DNA from: an uncultured Actinomycetes bacterium
GTDB taxonomy: Bacteria; Chloroflexota; Dormibacteria; Dormibacterales; Dormibacteraceae
Length of the DNA: 64,000 bases
Direction: 5' to 3'
Assembly (NCBI GenBank): GCA_964383855.1
Contig: CAYLIP010000004.1
Coordinates: 482-64,481, forward strand
Below, piece after piece: positions 55,036 to 64,000 of the stretch. The position numbers and the translations under genes were made by a program. The stretch's first letter is position 1; each line of letters opens with the position of its first letter. Under the pieces are notes generated by a model, which worked only from the letters and a program-made list of their open reading frames with translations, searched no databases and had not been told where the DNA came from.

Positions 55036-55859
55036 CCGGCCGCCGTCCCCGCCAGGTCGACCAGCGCCAGAAAGAGCCGGAAAGCCTCCAGGTAGTCGGC
55101 TGATCCGAAGGCGACGGTCCTCGGACCCTCGCGCCGCACGCCGGGGATTCGCAGGCAGGCTTCGGCCAGAGCCACGGACTGGAAGTCAACCTCGAACTCG
55201 GAGGTGGCAGCCGGCGCCAGCGCGGGGATGTTGGAGAGCCGCTCGAGCGCTCGCCGGGCGCCGGTCCGGATGCGGGCCTGCGCGACCGAGGGGTGCAGGG
55301 AGCGGGCCGCCTCGCGGCCCACCGCCTCCTTGACCACCACGCCCTCGACCTCGAGGCAGTACTCGTGCATCTGGGAAACGGCCGTCGAGTCACCGGTGAA
55401 GAGCGCGACCGGGCAGTCGAAGGCGCCGCAGACGTAGCCGTTGAGAGAGCCCTCGCTCTGCGGCCTGCCGTTGAGGCGGACCTCCATGACCTGAGCCGGG
55501 TCGGCATAGGTGTGATCGAGAACGGCGTCCAGGGTGCCCGCCGAAGCGTGGTAGCCGACGAAGAAGGCGGCGTCGAAGTTGGGACCCATGCCCTCCGCCA
55601 TCGAGAGGGGCCGGCCGTGGCCGGTCACGACCTCGACCGCCGGGTTGAGCTCCTCGAGCAGCAGGTTGTTGCCGTTCCAGTGGCCGTCGTTGACCACGAT
55701 CTCCTGCGCGCCGCCCTCCAGCGCCCCCTCGACGGCCGCGCTCACCTCCCCGGTCATAAGCCGGCAGGAGCGCTCCCAGCCAGGCTGGAAGGGCGCCGTT
55801 TCGGCGCCGCGGCTGACTCCGGCCACGCCCTCCATGTCGGCCGAGATGAAGACGCGCAC
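55032..55859 (-). CDS. M55-family D-aminopeptidase (DppA-like)
   Basis: The MRVFISADMEGVAGV N-terminus is diagnostic of peptidase family M55. Confidence 0.85.
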   Translation of the reverse strand: MRVFISADMEGVAGVSRGAETAPFQPGWERSCRLMTGEVSAAVEGALEGGAQEIVVNDGHWNGNNLLLEELNPAVEVVTGHGRPLSMAEGMGPNFDAAFFVGYHASAGTLDAVLDHTYADPAQVMEVRLNGRPQSEGSLNGYVCGAFDCPVALFTGDSTAVSQMHEYCLEVEGVVVKEAVGREAARSLHPSVAQARIRTGARRALERLSNIPALAPAATSEFEVDFQSVALAEACLRIPGVRREGPRTVAFGSADYLEAFRLFLALVDLAGTAAG

Positions 55860-55885
55860 GCCCGGAACTTTAGCCTTGGGAGCCG

Positions 55886-57541
55886 GTGCTCTCGTTCGCC
55901 GGAACTGCAGCCAGCATCGGCTCGACCTCCTCGACCCTCGAGAAGGCTCGCATCCTCGCCGAATACCTCCGTGGGCTCGACGAGGCCGACCTGCGGCGGG
56001 CCTGCGTGTGGTTCTCGGGGCAGCCCTACGGGCGCGCCGAGCGCAAGAGCATCAACCTCGGGTGGGCGGCCATCAGCAAGGCGGTCAACGCGCTCTCGCC
56101 TCGCTCGGCCGGCGACCTGACGGAGATGTTCCTCAGGCACTCCGACCTCGGCGACTGGGCGGGCGAAGCGCTCCAGGGCGCCACCCGGCCGGAGCCCTTG
56201 ACCATCCGCGAGGTGGAGGCCGAGATCGACCGGATGCGCGCGCTGCGGAGCGCGGATTCCCGCCAGGAAGCCCTCCAGGCACTGCTCTCTCGTCTCGACC
56301 CGCGGGCCGCGCGCTTTCTGGTCAAGGTGCTCAGCGGCGAGCTCCGGATCGGCCTCCAGGAAGGCATCGTCGAGGCCGCCACCGCGCGGGCCTTCGAGGT
56401 GCCTCTGGAGACGGTCCGGCGCGTCCACATGCTGACCGGCGACATCGGCGAGACGGCGGTCCGCGTAAGGCGCGGGGAGGTGGCGGGCACAGGGATCGTG
56501 CTCTTCCAGCCCCTGCGGTTCATGCTCGCCAGCCCGGTCGAGACCGCGCAGGAGGCGATCGACCGGATGGCCACGGAGACGGTCTGGACCGAGGAGAAGT
56601 ACGACGGGGTGCGCTGCCAGCTGCACCTGGCGGCCGGCCGCTGCGAGCTCTTCAGCCGCGACCTGAAGGAGACCACCGCCAGCTTCCCGGAGATCGTCGA
56701 GGCCGCCGGCGGGCTAAAGCACGAGCTGATCCTTGACGGCGAGGTTCTGGCCCACCGCGGCGACCGCGTGCTGCCCTTCTTCGACCTCCAGCGGCGGCTG
56801 GGCCGCAAGGTGGTCGGCGAGCGGCTGCGCCGGGAGGTGCCGCTCGTCTTCGTGGCCTTCGACCTGCTCCAGCTGGATGGCGAAATCCAGCTCGACCACC
56901 CCCTGCGGGAGAGAAGGGCGAGGCTCGAGGCTCTCGGCCTGGAGCCGCCGTTCCTGCTCGCGCGCGTGGAGACCGCGGTCAGCGCCGAGGACCTCGACCG
57001 GATCTTCGCCGAGACCCGCGACCGGGGCAACGAGGGGCTGATGCTGAAGAACCCCGAGTCGGCCTATCAGCCCGGGCGCCGGGGCATGGCCTGGCTCAAG
57101 CTCAAGCGCCCGCTGGCCACGCTCGACTGCGTCGTCACCGCCGTCGAGTGGGGCCACGGCAAGCGGCGCGGGGTGCTCTCCGACTACACCTTCGCGGTGC
57201 GGGACGTGGATTCGGGCCGGCTCGTCAACGTCGGCAAGGCCTATTCCGGCCTGACCGACGCCGAGATCGCCGAGATGACGCGCTGGTTCCTCGAGCACAC
57301 GGTGACCGACCATGGACGGGTGCGCCTGGTCGAGCCCGCGATCGTGGTCGAGATCGCGTTCGACTCGATCCAGCGCTCCAACCGCCATCGCAGCGGTTTC
57401 GCCATGCGCTTCCCGCGGATCCTCCACCTGCGCGCCGACAAGGCTCCAGAGGAAGCCGATACGCTCGACCGCGTGCGCGAGCTCTACGACCGCTACTTCG
57501 GAACGCTGACGCCGCTGTCGGAGGTTGCCGAGACCGAGTGA
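55886..57541 (+). CDS. ATP-dependent DNA ligase
   Basis: Adenylation motif I EEKYDGVR, motifs LDGEV, FDLL and EGLMLK, plus a C-terminal OB domain. GTG start. Confidence 0.9.
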   Translation: MLSFAGTAASIGSTSSTLEKARILAEYLRGLDEADLRRACVWFSGQPYGRAERKSINLGWAAISKAVNALSPRSAGDLTEMFLRHSDLGDWAGEALQGATRPEPLTIREVEAEIDRMRALRSADSRQEALQALLSRLDPRAARFLVKVLSGELRIGLQEGIVEAATARAFEVPLETVRRVHMLTGDIGETAVRVRRGEVAGTGIVLFQPLRFMLASPVETAQEAIDRMATETVWTEEKYDGVRCQLHLAAGRCELFSRDLKETTASFPEIVEAAGGLKHELILDGEVLAHRGDRVLPFFDLQRRLGRKVVGERLRREVPLVFVAFDLLQLDGEIQLDHPLRERRARLEALGLEPPFLLARVETAVSAEDLDRIFAETRDRGNEGLMLKNPESAYQPGRRGMAWLKLKRPLATLDCVVTAVEWGHGKRRGVLSDYTFAVRDVDSGRLVNVGKAYSGLTDAEIAEMTRWFLEHTVTDHGRVRLVEPAIVVEIAFDSIQRSNRHRSGFAMRFPRILHLRADKAPEEADTLDRVRELYDRYFGTLTPLSEVAETE

Positions 57542-58275
57542 AGGTGACCTTCATGGGCACCGCCGGCGCGCGCTTCATGGTGGCCAAGCAGCTGGCCGCG
57601 TCGGGCGGCCTCTACATCGAGGAGGGGCAGACTCGACTCGCCTGCGACCCCGGGCCGGGAGCGATCGTCCAGTACGCCAAGCGCAAGATCGACCTGACCC
57701 GACTCGACGGCATCCTGGTCAGCCACCGGCACCTGGACCACTCCGGGGACGTCAACGTGATGGTCGAGGCGATGACAGAGGGCGGCTTTCGCCCCCGGGG
57801 CCGGCTGCTGTGCCCGTCGGACGCTCTCGACGACGACCCGGTCGTGCTCCGGTATCTGCGCGAGTGGCCGGACGAGGTGGTCCGGCTGGAGCCGGAGAAG
57901 AGCTACCGGGTGGGAGCGATCGAGTTCACGACCTCGCCGCGGCACGTCCACGGCGCCGAGACCTACGGCTTCCGATTCGGCGACCGGCTGGGCTGGGTGA
58001 CCGATTCCGGCTACTACCCGGGGCTCTCCGAGCAGCACCGGGCCCGCGTCATGATCCTGCATACGGTGCTCATCGAGCATCGCCCGGAGCTGCCCCATCT
58101 GGGCATCGACGACGCCGCCCGGATCATCACGGAGGCGCGGCCGGAGCTGGCCATCATCACGCACTTCGGGATGACGGTCTGGCGCGCGCATCCCTGGGAG
58201 GTGGCGGCGAAGCTGACCGAGGCGACCGGGGTCCAGGTGAAAGCGGCGCGGGACGGGATGACGATCGAGGTCTGA
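57538..58275 (+). CDS. MBL-fold metallo-hydrolase
   Basis: The GTG start overlaps the ligase stop (GTGA). SHRHLDHSGD motif. Confidence 0.8.
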   Translation: MKVTFMGTAGARFMVAKQLAASGGLYIEEGQTRLACDPGPGAIVQYAKRKIDLTRLDGILVSHRHLDHSGDVNVMVEAMTEGGFRPRGRLLCPSDALDDDPVVLRYLREWPDEVVRLEPEKSYRVGAIEFTTSPRHVHGAETYGFRFGDRLGWVTDSGYYPGLSEQHRARVMILHTVLIEHRPELPHLGIDDAARIITEARPELAIITHFGMTVWRAHPWEVAAKLTEATGVQVKAARDGMTIEV

Positions 58276-58359
58276 CCGGTTAGGCTTCCCGGGCAGGGCG
58301 TGCCGGGAAGTCTGGTCGGCATTTTGCGGCGCTGACGCGCCGGAATCGAATCGAAAGCC

Positions 58360-59556
58360 ATGTCCCAAGCCCAGACCTTCCTGCTCTTCCTGCTGATCCT
58401 GGCCGGCATCGCCGCCGTGCTGCGGCTGGTCGCCCACGACCGGCTGCCCGTGCCCTACCAGGTCGTTCTCGCCTCGGCCGGCATCGCGCTCGGCCTGATC
58501 CCGGGGCTGCCGCTGCCGAGGATCCAGCCCGACCTGATCCTGCTCGCCTTCGTGCCCGGGCTGGTCTTCGAGGCGGCCATCACGCTCGACCTGAGCGAGC
58601 TGCGCCGCGTGGCGGCGCCGGTGGGGTTGCTGGCGACGCTCGGCGTGGCCATGACCGTGGTCGGGATGGGCTTCCTGCTCCATCTCCTGCTCGGGCTCAG
58701 CTGGCCTGGCGCCTTTCTGCTGGGCGCGATCATGGCTCCCACCGACCCGATCGCGGTGGTCAGCATCCTGCGCCGCCTGCGGGCCCCCGCGGGCCTGGCC
58801 GCCATCCTGGAGGGCGAGAGCCTCTTCAACGACGGCACCGGGGTGGCGCTCTTCGCGGCCGTGTCGGCCTCCCTCGCCTCCGGCGCGCCCACGGCCGGCG
58901 ACGCCGTGTCGCGCTTCCTGCTGCTGGCGGTCGGAGGCGTGGCGGTCGGGCTCGTCGCCGGGGTGGCCAGCGTGGCGCTCGTGCGCCTGGCGCCGGGCGC
59001 CGAGCTTGAGATCCTGGCCACCGGCCTGGCGGCCTACGGCAGCTACCTGGGCGCCGACCTGCTCCACCTCTCCGGGGTGCTGGCGGTCGTTGTGGCGGGG
59101 CTGGTGGTGGCACGGCTCGGGATCCGGCGCGACCCCGCCCGCCCGAACACGCAGCTGCTCGGCTTCTGGGGCCTGCTCGCCTTCGTGCTCAACGCGATCC
59201 TCTTCGTGCTGGTCGGCGCCGCCCTGCCCACCGGGCGGGTGCTCGGGATGGTGGGGGCGGTCGGCGTCGCCTGGGCGGTGATGATGGCCGCCCGGCTGCC
59301 ACCTGTCTACGCGCTGCTGGCGGCGAGCGACCCGGCGGCCCGAAAGATCGTGTGGCCATGGCGCCACATCACCTGGTGGGGTGGCATACGGGGCGCGCTC
59401 TCGGTGGCGCTGGCGCTCGTGGTGGCGGGGACTCCCGGCGTGGAGCCCTCGGTCTCCACGATCGCCTACGGCGTGGTGGTCGTCTCCCTGCTCGCGCAGG
59501 GCGCGCTCATCGTTCCGCTGACGCGCTGGCTGCTGCCAGCTCGGGCGACTGGATGA
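58360..59556 (+). CDS. cation:proton (NhaP/CPA1-type) antiporter
   Basis: About 11 TM helices, [21 protein letters not shown] motif. Confidence 0.85.
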   Translation: MSQAQTFLLFLLILAGIAAVLRLVAHDRLPVPYQVVLASAGIALGLIPGLPLPRIQPDLILLAFVPGLVFEAAITLDLSELRRVAAPVGLLATLGVAMTVVGMGFLLHLLLGLSWPGAFLLGAIMAPTDPIAVVSILRRLRAPAGLAAILEGESLFNDGTGVALFAAVSASLASGAPTAGDAVSRFLLLAVGGVAVGLVAGVASVALVRLAPGAELEILATGLAAYGSYLGADLLHLSGVLAVVVAGLVVARLGIRRDPARPNTQLLGFWGLLAFVLNAILFVLVGAALPTGRVLGMVGAVGVAWAVMMAARLPPVYALLAASDPAARKIVWPWRHITWWGGIRGALSVALALVVAGTPGVEPSVSTIAYGVVVVSLLAQGALIVPLTRWLLPARATG

Positions 59557-60133
59557 CGGCGTCGATGACGCCGTACTCGATCGCCTCCTCGGGCGACATG
59601 TAGAAGTCGCGGTCGGTATCGCGTTCGATGCGCTCGATCGGCTGACCGGTGTGGCGGGCGATCAGCTCGTTCAGCTCCTGCTTGATCCGGATGATCTCGC
59701 GCGCGTGGATGTCGAGGTCGGTGGCCTGCCCCGAGATGCCCCGGCCCGAGATCAGCGGCTGATGAATGTGGATCCGGGCGTTGGGCAGCGCAAAGCGGCG
59801 GCCCTTGCGCCCGGCCATCAGCACGATGGTGCCGAAGCTGGCCGCCCGTCCGACGGCAACCGTCGACACCGGCGCCTTTATGTACTGAATGGTGTCGTAG
59901 ATGGCAAAGCCGGAGGCCACCTGGCCGCCCGGGCTGTTGACGTAGATCTGGATCTCCTTGTCCGGGTCGTCGGCAGCCAGGTAGATCAGCTGGGCGACGA
60001 CCAGGTTGGCGACGGCGTCGTTGATCGGGCGGCCGAGGAGGATGATCCGGTCTCGGAGCAGGCGCGAATAGATATCGAAGGAGCGCTCACGGTTGCCGCC
60101 CTCGTTCTCGACGACGGTGGGAATCAGGGCCAT
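59507..60133 (-). CDS. clpP: ATP-dependent Clp protease proteolytic subunit
   Basis: [39 protein letters not shown], with the Ser-His-Asp catalytic triad in context. Confidence 0.9.
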   Translation of the reverse strand: MALIPTVVENEGGNRERSFDIYSRLLRDRIILLGRPINDAVANLVVAQLIYLAADDPDKEIQIYVNSPGGQVASGFAIYDTIQYIKAPVSTVAVGRAASFGTIVLMAGRKGRRFALPNARIHIHQPLISGRGISGQATDLDIHAREIIRIKQELNELIARHTGQPIERIERDTDRDFYMSPEEAIEYGVIDAVIQSPELAAASASAER

Positions 60134-60159
60134 GGGCCGCTCACAGGATACTGATCCCT

Positions 60160-60600
60160 GTGCGACCGGCGGCCCGCCACGCCCTCAGCCCCCGGCAGTT
60201 CTTCGAGGTGCTGCCGACCGCGGTCGCCTCCCGGGTGCCCGCCGAGCTGCGGGGGTTCGAGACACTGGGCGGCCGGGGCCGGCTGCTCAAGTTCCACTAC
60301 GGCGATCCTGGCGTGCATTTCGAGGGCTGGCACCATGCCGGGGCGGGCCGCTTCGAGGTGGGGCTCCACCTGGAGGCCGATCCGGCGACCAACCAGCGCC
60401 GGTTTGAGGCGCTGAGGGGGCGGATGGTGGAGGTAAAGGGGGCGCTGCCGCGCGCCGAGCTGGAGCCGTGGGATCGCGGCTGGTGCCGGCTCTATGAGAC
60501 GTTTCCGGCTCCCGTCCTCGATCACGCGGTGGTGGCGGAGGCGGGGGAGCGGCTGGCCGCTTACATCAGCGTGCTGCAACCGCTGCTGGAGGGGCTGTAG
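60160..60600 (+). CDS. hypothetical protein
   Basis: 146-aa ORF with a GTG start and coding-like GC3. No family recognised. Confidence 0.5.
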   Translation: MRPAARHALSPRQFFEVLPTAVASRVPAELRGFETLGGRGRLLKFHYGDPGVHFEGWHHAGAGRFEVGLHLEADPATNQRRFEALRGRMVEVKGALPRAELEPWDRGWCRLYETFPAPVLDHAVVAEAGERLAAYISVLQPLLEGL

Positions 60601-60620
60601 GCAGGCCCGCTCGAGTTGAT

Positions 60621-60780
60621 AAAGGGCGCATGCGCCCGCACATGTGCCGTATCGGGGAGCGGGAAAGGCGCAGGCGCCCGCACATGCGCGTTATGGGGGC
60701 GCGGGAAAGGCGCAGGCCCCCGCACATGCGCGTTATGGGGACGCTCGAAAGGCTCTGGCGCCCGCACATGCGCTTCAGCC
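60621..60780. repeat. four tandem copies of a 42-nt repeat
   Basis: Copies start at 60621, 60663, 60705 and 60747. The core is GAAAGGCGCAGGCGCCCGCACATGCGCGTTATGGGG. Copy 4 decays into the moaD-moaE stop codon. Confidence 0.85.
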
Positions 60781-61443
60781 GCCTGACTCCTCCACCCAGG
60801 TCGCACCAGAGGCCGCATGCTCCTTCTTCCAGATCGGCACCGACTCCTTGAGCCGGTCGATCCCCCACCTGCAGGCGGCGATCGCCTCCGCCCGGTGCGG
60901 CGCCGACGCGGAGACGACCACCGACGCCTCACCGACCTCGAGCCGGCCCGTCCGGTGCGCCATCGCCACCCGCACGTCCGGCCACCGCTCACCGATCTCG
61001 GCCGCGATCCTCGCCATCTCCCGCTCCGCCATCCCCGCGTACGCCTCGTACTCGAGGTGCGTCACCGCCTCACCCCGGGAGAAGTCGCGGACGATGCCGG
61101 TGAAGCTGCAGATCGCCCCCGCCCCCGCATGCGCCACCGCCGCCTCGAGGCGGCGCGCATCCAGCGGCTCCTCGGTCAGCTCAACGAGGACCGGCTCGCT
61201 GCCCCCGCTCACGGGCGGGATGAAAGCCAGCTCGTCGCCCTCCTCGAGGCGCTCGTCCCAGGCGCAGAAGTCCTGGTTGCGGGCGGGCCGGACACCGGAG
61301 GGTTCGGCCGGCAGCGCGGGGTGGCGGCGGTGCAGCTCGTTCCAGGCGTCGCGCGCGGTGGCGCCCTCGCTCAGCTCGAGCTCGTCCTGGCCGGTCCCCG
61401 CCAGCTCCCGGAAGCGGGCGAAGAGCCGCGCCGTGGCCATCAT
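60775..61443 (-). CDS. fused MoaD-MoaE molybdopterin synthase (MoaX-like)
   Basis: The N-terminal ~85 aa end in AFIPPVSGG, the MoaD C-terminal GG. A MoaE domain follows (ICSFTGIVRD..VAMAHRTGRLEVGE..PIWKKE). The start overlaps the upstream stop. Confidence 0.85.
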   Translation of the reverse strand: MMATARLFARFRELAGTGQDELELSEGATARDAWNELHRRHPALPAEPSGVRPARNQDFCAWDERLEEGDELAFIPPVSGGSEPVLVELTEEPLDARRLEAAVAHAGAGAICSFTGIVRDFSRGEAVTHLEYEAYAGMAEREMARIAAEIGERWPDVRVAMAHRTGRLEVGEASVVVSASAPHRAEAIAACRWGIDRLKESVPIWKKEHAASGATWVEESGG

Positions 61444-61787
61444 GCCCGCGCCCTGAACACGTGCACCTCGCGACCGCTGTCCAGCGCCCGCTCGACGGTG
61501 GCCCGGGTGCCGCCCGAGGATCCGTCCCAGAAGGCGACCAGCACGTCGCACTGGTCGACCAGGCGCTGGTTGCGGGCCGCCGCCGCCTGCTGGTCGCCCG
61601 CCTCCTCGAAGGAGGCGGGAACGACCCGCACGGCCAGCCCGCGCTCCCGCGCGGCCCGGGTCACGGCGGCATCGACTCCACTCGCGCTGCCGGTCACCAG
61701 GCGCGCATCCGCGGGCAGGGCCCGGACGTAGCTCTCGACCTGGGTCAGGTCGGAAAAGTGGCGGCTGCCAATGATGGCGACCCGCAA
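61440..61787 (-). CDS. DUF2493 / SLOG-family (YspA-like) protein
   Basis: MRVAIIGSRHFSD..LVTGSASGVDAAVTRAARERGL..RNQRLVDQCDVLVAFWDGSSGGT matches the DUF2493 pattern by recall. Confidence 0.65.
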   Translation of the reverse strand: MRVAIIGSRHFSDLTQVESYVRALPADARLVTGSASGVDAAVTRAARERGLAVRVVPASFEEAGDQQAAAARNQRLVDQCDVLVAFWDGSSGGTRATVERALDSGREVHVFRARA

Positions 61788-61798
61788 ACTGCCGGCCG

Positions 61799-63367
61799 TC
61801 AGCCCGCGGTCGAGCCGCCCCGGCCCACGTTCCCGTAGTTCTCGTCGAACATCTGGCGCAGCTTGCGGGCCTGGCGGTCGTAAGCCTCGGCATCGGGCCA
61901 GGCGCGGCGCGGGTCGAGCACCTCGGCCGGCACGTCCGGCACGGCGTCCGGGATGTGCACGCCAAAGACCGGGTCCTGGTGAGTCGGGACGCCGCGCAGC
62001 CGGCCCTCAACCACCGCGCGCACGATGGCGCGGGTGTGCGCGATCGAGATCCTCTCGCCGACGCCGTAGGGCCCACCGACCCAGCCCGTGTTGAGCATCC
62101 AGACCTCGGCGCCGTGCTTCCTCACCCGCTCGATCAGCATGTCGGCGTAGGTGTCCGGCGGCAGCACCAGGAAGGGCGATGCAAAGCAGGTGCTGAACGT
62201 CGGCTCGGGCTCGGTGACGCCGCGCTCGGTACCCGCCACCTTGGCCGTGTAACCGGATAGGAAGAAGTAGCGCATCTGGTCGGCGTCCAGCCGGGCCACC
62301 GGCGGCAGTACACCGAATGCGTCGGCGGACAGGAAGAGCACGTTGCTGGGATGGCCGGCCCGGCCCGAGAGGTCGGCATTGGGGATCAGGTCGACCGGAT
62401 AGGCCGACCGGGTGTTCTCGGTCCGGCTCTCGTCGTCGTAATCCGGGATCCGCGTGTTGGGGTCGAAGGCGACGTTCTCGAGGATGGTGCCGAAATGCTC
62501 GGTGGCGGCATAGATCTCGGGCTCCGCCTGCTTCGAGATGCGGATCGTCTTGGCGTAGCAGCCGCCCTCGAAATTGAAAACGCCCTCGTCCGACCAGCCG
62601 TGCTCGTCGTCTCCGATAAGCCGGCGCGTGGGCTCCGAGGAGAGCGTGGTCTTGCCCGTCCCGGAGAGACCGAAGAAGAGGGCGACGTCGCCGTCGGCGC
62701 CGACGTTGGCCGAGCAGTGCATGGGCATCGCGCCCTGCTCGGGCATCAGGTAGTTGAGCGCGGTGAAGATCGATTTCTTGATCTCGCCCGCGTACTGGGT
62801 GCCGCCGATGATGACCATCCGGCGCTGGAAGTTGACCAGGATGAAGGTCTCGCTGCGGGTGCCGTCGGAGGCGGGGTCGGCCGTGACCGAGGGCAGCGAC
62901 ATCACCGTGAAGTCGGGCTCGAAGTTTTCGCGCTCCTCGCTCGAGGGCCGGATGAAGAGGTTGTGGGCGAAGATGCTGTGCCACGCCAGCTCGGTGACGA
63001 CCCTCACCCGAAGCCGGTAGCGGGGGTCTGCGCAGGCGAAGACGTCCTGGACGTAGATCTCGTGCTCGGCTATGAAGTCGGTCATCTTCTGGAGCAGGCG
63101 ATCGAACTTGTCCGGCCCGATCGGCCGGTTGCCGGCATGCCACCAGATCTTGTCTTTGGAGCCGGGCTCCTCGACGAAGAACTTGTCCTTCGGCGATCTG
63201 CCGGTGTGCTTCCCGGTCTCCGCCGTGAGGGCGCCGCTCTCGACGACCGTGCCTTCACCGCGCCGGACGGCATGCTCGTAGAGCTCGGCGACCGAGAGGT
63301 TGTGCCAGCTGCGGGTCGGCTTGGCGAGTCCGACGTGCCTCAGGACAGGCTCGTTCTTGATCTGCAT
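61799..63367 (-). CDS. pckA: phosphoenolpyruvate carboxykinase (ATP)
   Basis: 522 aa. Kinase-1a motif GLSGTGKTTLS; FNFEGGCYAK and LPPDTYA regions. Confidence 0.95.
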   Translation of the reverse strand: MQIKNEPVLRHVGLAKPTRSWHNLSVAELYEHAVRRGEGTVVESGALTAETGKHTGRSPKDKFFVEEPGSKDKIWWHAGNRPIGPDKFDRLLQKMTDFIAEHEIYVQDVFACADPRYRLRVRVVTELAWHSIFAHNLFIRPSSEERENFEPDFTVMSLPSVTADPASDGTRSETFILVNFQRRMVIIGGTQYAGEIKKSIFTALNYLMPEQGAMPMHCSANVGADGDVALFFGLSGTGKTTLSSEPTRRLIGDDEHGWSDEGVFNFEGGCYAKTIRISKQAEPEIYAATEHFGTILENVAFDPNTRIPDYDDESRTENTRSAYPVDLIPNADLSGRAGHPSNVLFLSADAFGVLPPVARLDADQMRYFFLSGYTAKVAGTERGVTEPEPTFSTCFASPFLVLPPDTYADMLIERVRKHGAEVWMLNTGWVGGPYGVGERISIAHTRAIVRAVVEGRLRGVPTHQDPVFGVHIPDAVPDVPAEVLDPRRAWPDAEAYDRQARKLRQMFDENYGNVGRGGSTAG

Positions 63368-63414
63368 CTCCGACCGATGATACGGGTGGGTGGATCGCTG
63401 TGAGAGGGCTTAGG

Positions 63415-63765
63415 TCACCTCGGCAGGCGCGATTCGACCCGGTCGATTCTCTCCTCGAGCTTGCGCAGGCGGGCGTCGACGCCGCCGGGCAGGGAAGCCC
63501 CCTCCTCGGTTCCGTTGGCGGCCGCGGCGAGCAGGGCGTCGATCGAGAGGCGCGACATGTTGGCGGCCGCCACCAGCGCGACCGCGGGAATCCGGGTCGT
63601 CCCCGCCTCCCACGCATAGACCGCGGCCATCGAGAGCGATGACCACCCGATCTCGCGGCGGAGGTCGTTGGTGAATTCCCGCATGGTCCCATAGCGCTTG
63701 CGGGCCAGCTTCAGGGCGCGAGCCACCAGGTCCCGGCGGCGCGCCGCAGAGTCGTCGTCCGTCAC
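63415..63765 (-). CDS. small HTH-domain protein
   Basis: RKRYGTMREFTNDLRREIGWSSLSMAAVYAWEAGTTRIP is XRE-like. The tail is coiled-coil. Confidence 0.6.
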   Translation of the reverse strand: MTDDDSAARRRDLVARALKLARKRYGTMREFTNDLRREIGWSSLSMAAVYAWEAGTTRIPAVALVAAANMSRLSIDALLAAAANGTEEGASLPGGVDARLRKLEERIDRVESRLPR

Positions 63766-63853
63766 TTGACAGCGAGTCCTAACAGCCGCCGGCGGCCAAA
63801 GACAACGCTTTCAGCTCAAATTGAGGGCCCTCAGGATTCCCTTACGATGAGCC

Positions 63854-64000
63854 ATGGGCGTGAGCGTCGACTCGAGCGTGGGTTTCAGTGGCACCCTGGC
63901 CGAGGATCCGTCCGGCCGCCTCTACGACCGAAGGACCCGGGAGCAGTTGGGGCGGTCTCCCCACTTCGCCGATGAGCGCCAGCGGACGGCGGCAGAGACG
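63854..64000 (+). CDS. hypothetical protein, 3'-truncated by the window end
   Basis: The reading frame from ATG 63854 stays open to the window end (MGVSVDSSVGFSGTLAEDPSGRLYDR...). Confidence 0.3.
   Translation, partial: MGVSVDSSVGFSGTLAEDPSGRLYDRRTREQLGRSPHFADERQRTAAET

Noticed and set aside
59507-59556. A 50-nt convergent overlap between the antiporter and clpP 3' ends, considered as a sign of mis-annotation or antisense regulation.
   Set aside because: Both reading frames stay coding-like to their stops, and both proteins have complete conserved cores. A short convergent overlap is plausible in this compact genome, and no further signal was seen.
60621-60780. The 42-nt repeat array considered as a CRISPR array, or as a coding 14-aa repeat (ORF 60630..60851).
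   Set aside because: The copies are directly adjacent with no unique spacers, and no cas genes are nearby. The only ORF through them is Arg/His/Met-rich and overlaps the end of moaD-moaE on the opposite strand.

Overview
The window is a very GC-rich bacterial chromosomal segment (GC judged by eye, not computed). It is densely coded, with about 75 protein genes, one tRNA, and many 1-4 nt start/stop overlaps. All product calls rest on motifs I recognise in the translated ORF track. No database search was run. Many long track ORFs are antisense shadows or out-of-frame 5' extensions, so I trimmed starts where an upstream stop, an RBS or a domain boundary supports it.

Main blocks:
- 1-9.9 kb: small accessory and redox genes with TetR regulators.
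- 9.9-12.1 kb: a phospholipid operon.
- 12.3-16.7 kb: hydantoinase/oxoprolinase genes plus a response regulator.
- 22.7-29.4 kb: an FDH-N-type formate dehydrogenase locus (fdhD, fdnG, fdhE, fdnH, NrfD-like subunit).
- 30.2-34.6 kb: a KdpD/KdpE-like two-component system followed by an APC permease.
- 38.1-39.6 kb: an HTH-TPR regulator preceded by a tiny secreted-peptide ORF.
- 39.7-44.7 kb: a metal-homeostasis island (two Nramp transporters, a CDF-like protein, a DtxR-family regulator).
- Further downstream: ftsH; a MEDS/GAF-kinase/LuxR module; a YCII-ECF sigma pair; a DNA-ligase/exonuclease group; clpP; a moaD-moaE fusion; pckA.

Most interesting observations:
1. Three in-frame UGA codons sit exactly at catalytic Cys positions. 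One is the classical FdnG selenocysteine. The other two lie in a divergent redox island at 6.3-8.6 kb: a rhodanese-CBS fusion (C-x4-U) and a two-domain AhpD/CMD-like protein (C-x-x-U). Both have a GC-rich hairpin 12-13 nt downstream of the UGA.
2. A 31-codon ORF missing from the track encodes a signal peptide plus the heptapeptide AWVSNWP. It lies 51 nt upstream of an XRE-HTH/TPR regulator, an RRNPP-like peptide-signalling arrangement.
3. Four tandem 42-nt repeats lie between convergent genes.
4. A LuxR-type HTH gene is broken by two single-nucleotide frameshifts.
5. A TetR gene is fused to a toast-rack-like domain.
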